A stretch of DNA of 63,383 nucleotides, counting the filler, from Sphacelaria rigidula (taxonomy: Eukaryota): assembly GCA_964200075.2 (NCBI GenBank). It is 10 parts of 10 records of this genome, joined end to end, with 100 filler letters (N's around TTAATTAATTAA, not from the genome) between each part and the next. Parts side by side here need not be neighbours in the genome. Positions count along the whole stretch, not along the records: positions 50,789 to 57,036 come from CAXNAA020021246.1; positions 57,137 to 63,383 come from CAXNAA020021247.1; 8 more parts are not named here. One strand, written 5' to 3'. The position numbers and the translations under genes were made by a program. Shown here piece by piece: positions 50,689-63,383 of this stretch. Within the stretch, counting starts at the first letter, position 1; each line of letters starts with the position of its first letter. The notes beneath the pieces were generated by a model. That model was not told the origin of the DNA, did not search any database, and saw only the letters and a program-made list of their open reading frames with translations.

Positions 50689-50788
50689 NNNNNNNNNNNN
50701 NNNNNNNNNNNNNNNNNNNNNNNNNNNNNNNNTTAATTAATTAANNNNNNNNNNNNNNNNNNNNNNNNNNNNNNNNNNNNNNNNNNNN
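50689..50788. other. Artificial contig linker
   Basis: Same spacer. Confidence 0.98.
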
Positions 50789-53154
50789 GAACCCTCGTTC
50801 TCTCCACCCTAATGGCGACAGTCGGACCATTACACCACCGGGGCGCGGCGGCTAGATATTCATTGCGCTGCGACGAAAACCGTGATTTTGGACCAAACAT
50901 CGCCGGTAAACATCCCTTAACAAATGGGGCTTCACTCCGTATACAGCAGTTCCGTCAACGCAAAATCGGGAAGGAGTGTTCTGAGCCCGGCGTCCTTCTC
51001 GTGACAACACCTGCCGATTCTCGAACTTCGGAGATGAAAATGACAGATCGTCTGCGATTCAAATCCCAATTATTACGTACGTGAATCATGTGTGTTCGAA
51101 CAGTGATGAAACATTGGAACGTCGAACACTGCGTAAAATGTTTGTACCTTTTTTCTTTCTTTCTTTCTTTGCACACTGTTAATCGACCTCAAGAAAGAGC
51201 CCGTGGTACCGAGGGACAAGCCCACCCTCTCCCCCGGTACACGCGTTGCAATCTGGTATCGCGATTTGGATCAGCGCTCCCGCACCGCGTCCGTCGATTC
51301 TCGTCAAACGAACTCATTTTGCTACTGAGTGATGCCATGATAGGGATGCGGCACTCTTCGGGCCAAAACTTGTCCGAGGCTGCATACTAAGGTCCAGATA
51401 TTTGTCGTATATAGACTCCTACAACGAAGAGTCTAAGAAAAATAGAAATACACTCCTCTACAGGAAAAAAAATGCACCCCTACAGAAAGAAAAAAATGCA
51501 CGCCTACCGTGGCTTTGCTGTACGCACATTACCACGTTTTCAACGACAAAAGGACAATCAAACGAACTGCATCTGCCAAAAATCGAACGCGCACTATTCC
51601 GACCTAACGGTGTCAATTATACCATCAATCAGACCACGGAAGCGCGGCGACCGTTTTTCACATTTTTTTCCACACCCTGGAAAATATGAAGTCAATAGTT
51701 GCAATAGGAAAAATTGTACTGTGTTTTATTTATTTTTATTATGTGTCGCACTTTGAACCCCTCCCCTGCCTCGGGGATGAGTCCGTGGTCTCAAGGGATC
51801 AACCCATCTCTCCCCCGGTGTAATAATGTGTAGGCCTATTGCAAATATTATCGGTGTCCGACAATAGTTGCAATAGGCCTGTACTTGCCGCAGTACATTT
51901 TTTTTCTATTGCAATTAATGGCTATACATTCTCATTATCTAGGGTGTGCTTTTGTGTGAGTGGATGATCTAGGATCCATCTGAGGCCGGCTTGGCGACCA
52001 AGGATATCAAATAAGAGGCACGCATGAAGTAAAGTATCCAATACTACAATCGGAGGCAACGGTCCAAAATATGAGTTTTTCTCGCAAGCGCACGGAACTG
52101 GAGGTCGGCGTTCAAGGGCGTGCCTGTTAGGGTATACCCGATATGTTGGTGTTTTAAAAAAATCGCATATCACCTGCGTAAGTCAGTTTTAATTGCATGG
52201 GCTATATATAGAGAGGGGAACAGCAGCACTGGGCTGGGTGCTGGGCTAGGTGCTGCAGTAGTATTCACCACTTGGTCGATTAGAACCTTCCTGGATTTGT
52301 TTTGCTTGATTTGAGTGTAGACATCGATATTGAGATCTTTAGCGGGGCTGACAGCACCAACTGCCCCTCGCGTGCGCAGAAGACGTTTTCGTCTAAATCG
52401 GCGCCTACGGCGCCGTTCCGAGGTCTGCCAACGCCACTCTATGCCTAGGGAACGCTTTGCACCCCGCCCGCCCAAGTTCTCGGTATGCCCTGGGTTGGGG
52501 TCAGGGTTAGGGTAAGCGTTATTTTTTTTTCAATGTTTCCGAGAAATTTCTTCATCGACCATGGCCCGAGTTACTGTTGCCAAAGGGGTGGTATTCAACG
52601 TGACCTAGTACGATACTGTAGATCCTGAGGTGTTGCCCAAATAGCGGACAATCGATTACCGGGACGCGTTACCGGTCCCATTCATGGTACCGCTGTTAAA
52701 CTGTACAACTCACTGTTACAGTAATCCAAAACTCGAACAAACCCAACCCTACCGCTAAAGCCCTAAACCTCAACCAATAAAATACACACCATTGAACCTC
52801 GGGAATTGGGGGTCCACACTACTGCAGACATTCACAGTGCCAAGGAAAGGGCTCGGTGTACACTAATCATGGCGTGATCATGACGTCATCATGATTTCAC
52901 TTCCTTGGCCCTCATTTTTTTGTTATTACCTTGTGAAGGAGGGAGGAAACCTCACCCAACACTTACCCCGCAACCGGGTTCATGTGCTAATTACTCGGAG
53001 GCTCGGTAGCGCCTCGGGCTTTGGGGTAGCTTTACTTCAGGCAGTGTGCGGGTCGAACCCACTACTACCTCCTGTCAACTGGGTGCAGTCCACCCGCCGC
53101 CCTACTCTGGTGAACTTTGGCCATATCTCGGCTAAGAAGGTGCATGGAAATTTC

Positions 53155-54641
53155 CAAGGTTGTGTACTGTAGGGTGCGGTTTCTGTATACCCGGGGTATT
53201 TTGCCGGGTACTTACCGCACCCGACAGTGCCGTGACTTTTGTAAGACTTTCACACCGGTACCCGACAATTCTGCAATCTCTGTAAGACTTTCATACCCTT
53301 ACCCGATAGTTCTGTAATCCCTGCAAGACTCCCGTACCGTTACCGCTCTTGATAAGATCCCCGGTTGCGGGTACGGTTTTCTGTGCAACCTCCATACCCT
53401 ACCCGACAGTTTCTGTGAGTTCTGTAAGCCTCTCGTACCCCTACCCGGGGTTAGGGTATACCGCTATAGATGAACCCGATTGCAGGTATGAGCACAGGTA
53501 TATACCTTAGGGAGGTACGGATATAGGCTTAACCCAAACATAACCTCATTACCTGAACATGTACCTCCCATCAATCAACCCACCCGACTTCCTTATTCAA
53601 AACTGAAAACCAACAATAAGTCAATGTTGAAAAGTTCTCCAGTTTGGGATCTGAAGGGATACGAGGTACCGCTGAGTGGAAACACGAAACATGAGCAGTA
53701 CTACAGACCGTCAGAATGGATCACCCCCAGACTCGAGTGGTGGCTCGAGCGGGGGCGGTTCATCTGCGCCACCAGGGGATCAGGTAGCAAGACGCACTTC
53801 ATGGACGTTGATGGTGGTTGTGTCATGGTCATCAAACTCCAGGCTGTTGTCGACATGTACAGCACAGAGTATTATGAGCTACCACCGAAAGTCGTCAAGG
53901 CCGTCGGCGATTTTGTCGCGTGCCAAAGGGCTTCCAGAGAGCGGGCAGCCGTGAACGCTCCTTCATGTACTCTCTGGGAGTGCACGTGAAGCCGATAGAT
54001 GTTGACGATCCCGTGTACATGTACAACTGCGATTGTTGGTGTAGTCTTTCTCTATCAACCCCGTGAAGCCGTTTATAGATTTCGTGAACTGTCACGTGTA
54101 TTTCGCCGCTGTTGTAGTGAAGTAGGTCCCACTGCATAGGTGATGATAATACCAAGGTCGTGTTTTGTAGGGTACGGCTCTCTGTATACCCGAGGTATTT
54201 TTCCGAATATTTACCGTACCCGACAGTTCTGTAAGCCTCCCGTACCGTTACTGGTGGTCACGGGTATGTTCTTACTAAGATACCCGGTGTCGGGTCCGGT
54301 TTTCTGTGCCACCTCCATACCCTACCCGACAGTTTCTGTGAGTTCTGTAAGCCTTCCATACCCTTACCCGACAGTCCTGTGAGTTCTGTACAAAAGCTTT
54401 ACCCTAAGCCGAGGGGCGGGTATGCCCTTCAAAAATACCCGAATGCCGGTATGGGTTTTCTGTAAGCCTCCCACACCGTACCCGACAAGCCTTGTAATTT
54501 CTGTAGGACTTTCATACCGGTACCAGACAGTTGTGTAAACTCTGCAAGACTGTCATACCGGTACCCGATATATTTCTGTAAGTTCTGCAAGGAATCTGAT
54601 ACCCTACAGAAGGTACCCATAACTTACAAAACACAACCTTG
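53155..54641. mobile_element. hAT-like non-autonomous element (1487 bp) with 8-bp TSD and an internal second left end
   Basis: TIR CAAGGTTGTGT / ACACAACCTTG; GAAATTTC at 53147-53154 and 54642-54649; subterminal TACCCGACA/TTCTGTAAG repeats; second left end at 54153. Confidence 0.8.
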
Positions 54642-55279
54642 GAAATTTCTTCGTCAATCATGCTCTCCGGCGGTGTGGCTTTGTAAAGTTTGTGTTGTTA
54701 AATCTAGTGGCGTATCACACGGCTTCGGTGTTGGGTTGGGAGAGGCGTTACTACGTCACGAGCGCAGAACTCTCCGGAGTGGGTTTGATACATCCGCATT
54801 GCATGTCCACGAAACGATACATATGTATATATATATATATATACACACAAGCCGCACGGGACCCGGGGCTGCGCCCCGGTCCCGTCCGTCTTTTTCCGAC
54901 GGTGTCGGTATTCTTGCCTTGCCAAGCCCTCGTGAGAATAAATTCTCTCTCGAAATATTCATGCCCGCCGGTGACATTGCAGGACCACCGCGATCGCGCG
55001 TCCGTTCGAACGGTCGCGAACGCATGCGTACCCCCGCACGAAGTAAAGCACGAGTCCGCTAACCAGGCCCCTAGCACTGGCATTAACCCGAACAGTCATC
55101 TCCCGGGGAGGGTGCGGAGGAACCTGGACATTAGAATCAGCATCAAATCTCGTGGACGCCTCGTTACAAAGTATGCTTGACGTTCGTGAGTTCGAAATAT
55201 TCTCTCTATATACTACATATTCATGTATCCAAAACACCTCCGTTTTTTCTGCGGCCATGAAGGATACGACACGAACAAC

Positions 55280-55637
55280 CTCAAAAGGATCTCGCGTCAA
55301 AAGGCAGGAGCGGCAACAAACAACAACATCCTACAGCAACAACAACAACAACAACACCACCAACAGCACCAGCAGCAGCACGAGTAGAGACAGCGGAGAC
55401 GATGGGTCCGAACTCAGGCGGCGGCAAACGCAACAAAAATGATGCGGCCAATAAGTCTTCAGCTCGCGGACGCTTCAGCAACTGCGCGTTCCCCGGAAAC
55501 AAGGTAGTACTGCGCTGTTCTGCCGTATGCATTGCAGACGCACTTGTATACTGCCACGTATTCTTGAGTGCGTCTATCATGTGACCCCCGGCTGGATCCC
55601 CGGGGGTCAGTCAAAGTGCGCCAATCAACCAATCAAT
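55280..55637 (+). mobile_element. Longer LINE-like 3' fragment with (AATC)n tail
   Basis: Ends TATCATGTGACCCCCGGCTGGATCCCCGGGGGTCAGTCAAAGTGCGCCAATCAACCAATCAA; 5' boundary uncertain. Confidence 0.6.
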
Positions 55638-57036
55638 TCAGTATCGGTCGTTCGATTCGGATTGCTGGTTGGTCGCACGATTTCGTCGGATTCGAGAGGG
55701 GACTACTTAGTAAAGGGTAGGGTAGGGTGGGGTGGGGTACCAGCACGGGTACGTGGGAGTAGACACCCTGGAATACTCAATATTGCGTTTAGTCGATACC
55801 CCACAGACCTTACAATACTCAGTGCTCTGGGTATTCAAACCCCTAGGTACCCTACAAAATCGGCACTACCAATGGTAAATACCTCGAGTACCGTGTGTCG
55901 ATACCCCGGGTACTCTGACTCGATACCCCAGGTACCCTGAAATCCTCGGCGTCTATCCTACCTATATTTGCCGGGTTTTTTCGATGTCGCCTTTTCTTTC
56001 TCCGAATGGTATGTCGGAGGAAGAGATCACCCCCACTCAGTAGCACCGCCCAGCGATTACTATTCTACATAAGTGATCGAAGATATTTTCTTTATTCGTT
56101 GGCTACCGAGATTATTGGTTCAAACCCGTGTTACCCGAGGTGGACGTAGTGCTGCAGCCGTACAGCTCTCTCTCTCTCCGTGTCTCTCATGTCCTTCCGT
56201 GTCCCTCCGTGTCTCTCCGTGTTTATCCATCTCTCCATCTCTCCATCTCTCTATCTCCTCTCTTTATCTCTCTGTCTCTGCCTCTGCCTCTGTCTCTGCC
56301 TCTGTCTCTCTCTGCAGCACAATTCCATCTCATGAACAGCACTTTTTTCGCAGCAAAGATCCCATAGCTCCCCCGACCCCCGACCCCCTTAACAGTTCAG
56401 GAGAAGGGTTAGTTGCGACAGTAGTGGAACGACCGAGGGATTAATGACAGTCTCACGAGGGGGGGGGGGGGGGGGGGGGCATACATTTTGTGCTTGCCCA
56501 GGGGGGGGGGGGGGAGGGGAAAAACAAACAAAGCGATGTGTGGGGGGGAAAAANNNNNNNNNNCTCCGACAGTGCGCAGAGAGGGGTAGCGTCGAGAGGG
56601 GGGAAAAGGTCGGGGGACTTAGACCCAGCACCCGGGGGGGGGGGGGGGGGGGGGGGCGTACATATTTGTTGCTTGCCTCATGAGGGGGAGGGAACGGTGA
56701 AATCAAATCACGCTAGAGTTTGTGCGAGAAAATAACGTGTGTTGGCGTAGAAATATACGTTGGCACGTTGGGCACCGAACCATTATGAACGAACTACCTC
56801 CTCTATCTCTCCCATGTTGTACGAAACAGGACATGTGTGGCAGCTTCTGTCTTGATAGCTGCATTTTTTTTGCTTTCTGAGATAGTTGTATGGTAGACGT
56901 TTGTACAGGGGAACGAGAACGACTCTACTAGGCGACAACCCCCCCCCCTCCATTGTGCTCTAGAAGTGTCGATACCAGATAATAAAGCAACTCATTGTGA
57001 GCTATCATCCAAATGCAAGATAATCAGTAGGCCTCG

Positions 57037-57136
57037 NNNNNNNNNNNNNNNNNNNNNNNNNNNNNNNNNNNNNNNNNNNNTTAATTAATTAANNNNNNNN
57101 NNNNNNNNNNNNNNNNNNNNNNNNNNNNNNNNNNNN
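57037..57136. other. Artificial contig linker
   Basis: Same spacer. Confidence 0.98.
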
Positions 57137-57638
57137 GGTGGGGGGTGGGGTGGGGGGGGGGGGGAGGGGGGGGGGGGGGGGGGGGGGGGGTCGTCTGCCT
57201 GGTTCATTCATTCGTTCATGCCCGAGGATCTTTTTTTGAACTACAACAACACATGGCAGACACATGCTGCGGGCAAAGCTAACACCAACCAACGGTGGCA
57301 TAAGAATTTACCCCAGGTTGGGCTACAAATCCACTCATGGTTGATACTAATTACTTCATTTTAGGAGTACGTAGTACAACGAGAATCCGATCTTTAGTGG
57401 GGGTTGACATTTCCTGTGTGCTCCTGGCGTGCGCAGAACGCGTTTTGCGCCGATTTTAGGCCCACCAACGAATTTTTCTTGCTAGGGAAAGACTACGCAC
57501 CCCCCCCCCTGCCAGAGGGATATCGGTATGCCTGTGGTTGGGGTTAAGGCTGGGGCTGAGGTCAGGGCTAAGGGGAACCATGGGTAGATTGTAGCCCAGC
57601 TAGGATAAACCCTCCTCGACGGCTATAGCGCGCGAGGC

Positions 57639-60600
57639 TTAACGCATTCCAACACTCGCCACACGTGAATCGCGAGCATCCGCTACGGAATGTGCGCTAC
57701 TCGACACCGCATCGACAGCCTGGGTCGTAGCTCCAGGGTAAAAAAACAGTCCATCATTCGCTTTTGGTTTCACGACAATCTGCCACACAAACCGACAAAC
57801 ACACTGATATCGATTGTTCCGCACACCTCCAGCATAACTCTGCTACACTGACAGTCCTTCACTCCGGTAGGGAAAAGAGGCAAACCTTTTTACGTTTTTC
57901 TGCTGCTCGCACGACACTGTGTCCAACCCCAACTGAGACAAAACTGCCTCGTACATAGCTCTGGGGTGACTTTGGCTCGCTACTCTGGACATTTCCTCCG
58001 TCGAGTGTGGGTACATCTGAAGCTACTCCGCTGCAGTAGTATGCGCACCAGCTGAAAACAAAATTCAACGTCAAATAAACATGCGTCAAACGGTTGAACC
58101 GCGCAAATATGAAAAAGAGACCAACAACAACAACAACAACAACAATAGCGGAGGGGTTTCAAAACTCAGGCTCCCTGTGAATTCGGCGGTAATAACGCTT
58201 AAATACAGCTGAAATTTCGATTTTGAGATACCTCTAGCACTCGCGAGAATAATATCGTCTCTCAATCGATGTCCTGCAATCCATATTCAGTTCGACTGGC
58301 GGATGAGCCATGCCTGACCTTGTTACAAAAAGAGAACCGTTTCGGTTTGGACCCTTCCAGTACGCACCAACTGTTGCTCAAGAACGTGGAGCGTTGTGCA
58401 ACCAGTAATTTGAATTCCAAAAACAAACCGAAGAAGACTACGGTCTATCCAATCGCCTCGGCAGTCATTTTTTTTTGTGCAACCGCATTTTCCCGCCGTA
58501 GAAAAAAAAATGATGTGAGGTACAATAAGTATCAGTTCATCTATCTCATCATGGGGATGTGTGGACCCTATTTCGTGAATGGAATTATAATGATACGACA
58601 CACAAAAAAAGAAGAAAAGAGACCAGTCATCGGCCTTCATGTCAACTTTTAGACATGTTTTTTATGCCGCGTCTGACACAAGTAAACCTCTAGCTTCGGG
58701 GGTATATCTATGGTTGAGAGCATGACCACTTGATTTTACAGTGGAGAAAGCTATGAGAAAAATTATGGCTCAGGGCAGGTGAGCAGAGCGGAGGACCCAG
58801 CTCGTCCAGAACGCGCTTTTGTCGGAATCGGCGCCGGCTGCGTCGAACGAAGGCCTGCTATCGCACACTTTGCCGGCGGAACCTCTGCACTCCCCGTGCC
58901 GGAGGGTCACGTGCGCCTTGGATAGGAATTAGGGTACGATATTGTCAGTTTGTTCGAAAAAATCAACCATAAATACACGCTTAAATCCATAGGTTCATTC
59001 TTCGACACACACAGGGAGAGAAGCAGTCCTATTGATTGAATTTCGCACCTTCATGTGATCCCCTAGGGATTCAGTCGTGTTCACACCATAAGACAAACTC
59101 GAGATGTCTCCGTTCGCGTTATATCCAAGGAACAGCAGATCAAGAAAGTCTGAGATACGTACCCAAGTCCACCACATCCCACACATGCGGGACGATCGCA
59201 TTCGAGACAGCTTCCTCCTGTGAATTCTCAACACCCCACGGATAATGGATTACACTCTCAAAAAGTGTACCGCGTACTGTATAAAATCTTTGGTCTATCG
59301 CAACAGACACAAAAGTCGACACTGCACGCAGTACACTTTTCGACGGTGTAATTTGTTGTCATTATTCAGGGCGTGAATTACAACATACCGATACATCTCT
59401 ACTGGACCCATCGGCCTCGAGGGTCACCCAGGGCACGGTGAGGACGGTGGTCGGCGTGCGTCTATCGCGGAATGACGGCTTCTTTTTTTTCTCCCGCCGT
59501 AGGTGGAACCATCGAGTCAAGAACAAATGTGAAAAAGTTGACCCCGTTTCCGCCGGTAGCGGAATCGGGGTCACGTTCAACACCATGACATACGCCAAGA
59601 CTTCACCCTCAGGCAGCGAGGCTACATCCATCTGTTGAACCGGCATTCATTTTATGTGTGAAACAGAGCATGCATGATCCAGACAGACTGCAAGTACGCT
59701 CGCGGTCCAAGGGTAAATGTGCTGCTGCTTCCGTATAGAGGTATCTCAAACTCGAGATTCCCGGTACATTTTAGAGACAACTACAGTGAGAATGTATCAG
59801 GATCCTCCAGTTTGAGATATCTCTGGCGCGAGTGTCAGGGCGCTATGCAAAAGAGTCAGCATTGATCCTCGCCATGTGCCGGGGGTTGCTCCACGGCTGT
59901 GAGGACGTGGATTGTAGTAGAGCGTGCCATCAAACGAGACACCAAAGAGTAATCGCGATGTGGGTCGCCCCGGTGGCTCAGTTGGTAACCTCGAAACCTT
60001 TTGCGTGTATTGGAAGGTTGATTCGAATCTTGGTGAAGTCACACGGTCTGGGGCGCTTTTCTCACATCATGTGTGCACAACAGGGGAGAGCGACAACGTC
60101 GTGAATTCACTTCAATACGACCCTCCTCCTGTGTGACCCCGGCTGATGCACCCCAGCACACCGAAGGCTGTAGACTGGTGCCCGAAAGAAGAGTGACCAT
60201 AACACACACATACACGCGCACATCTGGGTCGATTATACCGCATCGCAAGAATTCATCATCACTTCCCTAGGTATAACACATGTATGCGTTCTCATCGTGC
60301 CTTGTCTAGTGCATGATGAAGAGAATAAAAAAAAAAAAAGGCAAACGGGCAAAACAAATGCGGCACGACTATTTCTCTGTCTGCGGCATTGATTTCCGTT
60401 TCATCTATTCGTTTTGCTCAGCTCGCGTCCCGACAGATTTCCCACGACACACCGCAAACATGCGACCAATGCTACACACCAACCGACGACGATTGGTGCT
60501 ACCCGGTTCAGCCTTCTTCACACACGTCAGTCACGGGACGCGCTGCGCGCTGCTCAAATCCGATAGCCCGGGTTCATAACTCCAAAGTAGAACTCAATTT

Positions 60601-62345
60601 GCCTTCTCCTTATATATATACATGTATAAATCACAGGATCAATAATAAGCCGCGAGTATCTCGGGAACCTCGAGCTTGACATACCTCCACTGAGGGATCG
60701 ACTCCTGTTTCCAACATCTCCACAGAGATAACAACAAACCCCAAACTGGCTTTTCTTCTTCGCCGGAAGAACAAAAAAAGCAACAAACCTTCACGCGAAT
60801 TGCCGCTCTCGTTCAATTCCACGCCACAAACTCCGCTGTGACAAATTTCACCCCTTACTGCGCTAGCTGAGTGGTCTGAGGTAGTGGCGTGTGTCGGAAC
60901 GTGTCCTCCGTTCTCCGTCTAGCGCGTGTTTCTTTGAGCTACTCTACAAAGCACTCCCGTTAAAATCTACCGCACGTTTCAAAACCGTTTCACGTCGAAA
61001 CCATGGCACTACAACCGCCTCACTTTTTGAAATGGTGTTCAGCTACATTCACATTGATAATTTTTCCCTCCGCAGGTTACGCTCGACATTTCGCACTCTT
61101 TCGGTAAGCAGTCCGGGGCGGTAGGTACAAATAAATATGCCGGGCCATGATAAAATGAAAACACAAAACACTGGTGTGAGCAGTCTGGGGGGTTGATAGA
61201 TATGCATGAACATGTCGGGCCACCAGAAAATAAAGACACAAAAAATGAAGATATGAGTATTTCTGGGAACGATCACGGCGTTTTTTTTCTTCTTCCAATT
61301 ATTATTCCGGCGACTTCGTTCTACCCCTATACGAAACAAATGCCGAGGGAGATGAAGACTGAAGAAACGGAGAGCAGCGGCATTTGCGTGTCACGCATCG
61401 CGACCGGATATCACAACTACAGATAAGATAAAAGAGTCAAATAAATGAACGCAGAAATCACCGGATTGTTTGGTGACCAACGCTAGATTTTTTCAAGTTC
61501 ATCATGGAGACGGGAACACCGGCGCAGGATTTAGGGCACTGTTCGACCAACGCTGGATATTCGAAAAAGTTCCCCTATGCAGTATGCCACATGCCTAGGG
61601 TAGCAGCTTGGTGGGACAAAGAGTAGAAAGACGTACTGATCCATGGCCTTCCTTCCCCTTCATTTTCGTCTATAATACATGTCTCCTCTGCATGCCCATT
61701 TTTTACTCCACACTCTTGTCGATATCTTGCCCTGGAGGAACACCTGACCAGATTACAGGTGGTTCGGTCAAATTTCGCATTGTGCATACAGTATATGGAT
61801 CAATATCTGTATCTGTCCCTTCATCTATCATCCATCTTCTATAGATATCTTCCTCATCGCGCGCATGTTTTCGTTTTTCTACACCTCTGCACGGTACTCA
61901 TTACTGTCTGGATATTTGTCCCATAAGATATTCCCATAAGAAAGTGGAGCATACTTGAAATATGGATTTCATGTTTCGCACAAGAACACATCTTACCTTT
62001 GTACGTAGTAGTTGCTTTCAGTATTCGTTAGAAAGCTACCCTTGCATGTTTCAAACAGACTGCGAAATGAAAAAAAATGAACCATCCTGCGGCGAATCAT
62101 ACGGATCATTGACATTACGGGCCCAGCACGTTCAAACGCATAGACCATCAGAGTCACGCTACGAGAGGGGGGGAGGGCATTTGGGGGCATGTCTTCCACG
62201 AAATTCCACTTCAAACCGCCGTGAAAAGCACTAATGGTTTCTCGAACGCGTGTAAACAGACAAACGACGCTCAATTCGTACTGCTTCACCTCGTTTTCAC
62301 CCATATATAAGGGCACCGCGAGTGTATCAATTAGGTCGTCTGACA
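57639..62345 (-). CDS. Multi-exon gene of unknown product (candidate exons only)
   Basis: AG/GT-bounded open pieces: 57955-58051 (WCAYYCSGVASDVPTLDGG...QSY) joins in phase to 57639-57779 (IVVKPKANDGLFFYPGA...stop); also 59163-59217 (EEAVSNAIVPHVWDVVDL), ~59577-59633 (MDVASLPEGEVLAYVMVLN) and ~62290-62345 (VSDDLIDTLAVPLYMGENE). Confidence 0.4.
59963..60210 (+). mobile_element. tRNA-derived SINE, internally shortened copy
   Basis: Same head (A box; TTCGAATC) and 3' end TGTGACCCCGGCTGATG...ACACACACA as 43789-44145. Confidence 0.85.
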
Positions 62346-63310
62346 CACCACTTTACCCTTTCTTTTCGTGAAATCGAACACTGTGACCCCCCCTCCCGCG
62401 CGCCATCATTTGAGTATAACCCCCTGTCATGGCAAAACCCATCATCTCATTCCAACCAGAATAAAAACAAAATGTAATGACACCACGATTGACCTTGCCC
62501 ATGAATGCATGCCTTTCGCACTCTTGTACGAACTTGATTATTTCGTATCGCGAACAATGTTCTACCGCATGAATGAAGTACCGCGGTTCAGTTCGATTCG
62601 GGATTCGTCTGCCACCTTGAATTACCGTGTGCATATGTCCAACTCTCGAAAATTCGGAGTTTGCGGATATTCAAATCCACCACATTTCTCGTCCGCAGCC
62701 CTATTGTGACGTATTTGTGTCATCCTGCGGAATTTCGCGATCGTGAATACATTTCGTGAGGGGAATTTCACCGTCTCGCTGCTCAATGTGCTCTTTTTTA
62801 ACGGTCGAATACTGATTCGTCTTTAAATTACTTGATTCTAGTGTAGTTGAATTCGTACTGTACGATAATCAATCCTTGGGCTTTTTTCAGCGTCGCGCTT
62901 CACCTCGAGTACGTGCACCCCAGGCACACGGAGTGGCTCAAAATTTGCATGAATAAGTTCTTGACCGCGGTCGACGCTGTTTCTCTCCTTCGAGCAGTTA
63001 GATCTCGGAAATGATGGATTTGGCGATTGGAACCAGCCATCATCCTTCCAACCCTTGCTCTTTTTCAGGCATTTCACACCGGGCAACACCACCCCAATCC
63101 GCCCTCCCCCGTTCACTGGACACCGCGAAAAAATTGGAACTGCGATTTCGGGTGGGGGACCTGGATCTGTCAGAAAAGAAAAAAAAATCACCAGTAGTCG
63201 ACAGGAGGAGGAAGTAGATGCACAGAATTGCCCCTGTGGCAAAGCAGTAGAAAGCAGAAGTCATCTAGTGACAGAATGACCATACAAGGAGGAACGGGAA
63301 GTGCTATAAT

Positions 63311-63383
63311 GTGTGTGTGTGTTGTCGTCCCATTTATTCTGGGCACCAGTCTACACCTTTCGGTGTATGTGGGTGCATCAGCC
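63311..63383 (-). mobile_element. 3' tail of the tRNA-derived SINE, cut by the window end
   Basis: Closely similar to 43789-43860. Confidence 0.8.

Noticed and set aside
52995..53070. tRNA-Sec-like sequence (CTTCA, GTCGAACCC)
   Set aside because: Stems do not pair into a tRNA fold

Overview
This is eukaryotic, repeat-rich nuclear DNA. The intron style, the (CAG)n-rich exons and the transposon families suggest a stramenopile, probably a brown alga, but that is inference. It is not one locus. It is ten unrelated, size-sorted contigs of 6247-6249 bp joined by nine identical artificial 100-bp linkers (N44-TTAATTAATTAA-N44), so nothing should be read across linkers. Host genes appear only as fragments: four in-phase exons of a sterol C-24 methyltransferase (12963-15863, minus), two C-terminal exons of a HAD-IG/cN-II-type 5'-nucleotidase (48031-49942, plus), and exons of three or four uncharacterised genes. 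Most of the rest is mobile DNA: two degenerate Ty3/gypsy retrotransposons, a Helitron helicase remnant with a downstream Cys/His-rich decayed ORF, a tRNA-derived SINE family, LINE-like 3' tails, several MITE/foldback families (Sola-like with 4-bp TSD, hAT-like with 8-bp TSD, Stowaway-like with TA TSD) and tandem repeats. I could not support a clearly new biological system. The best leads are the Helitron-linked ORF, a phased array of palindromic 10-mers inside a foldback element, a WVDD gypsy element lacking an adjacent tRNA primer site, a composite hAT-like element, and a 3' motif shared by the SINE and the LINE-like tails.
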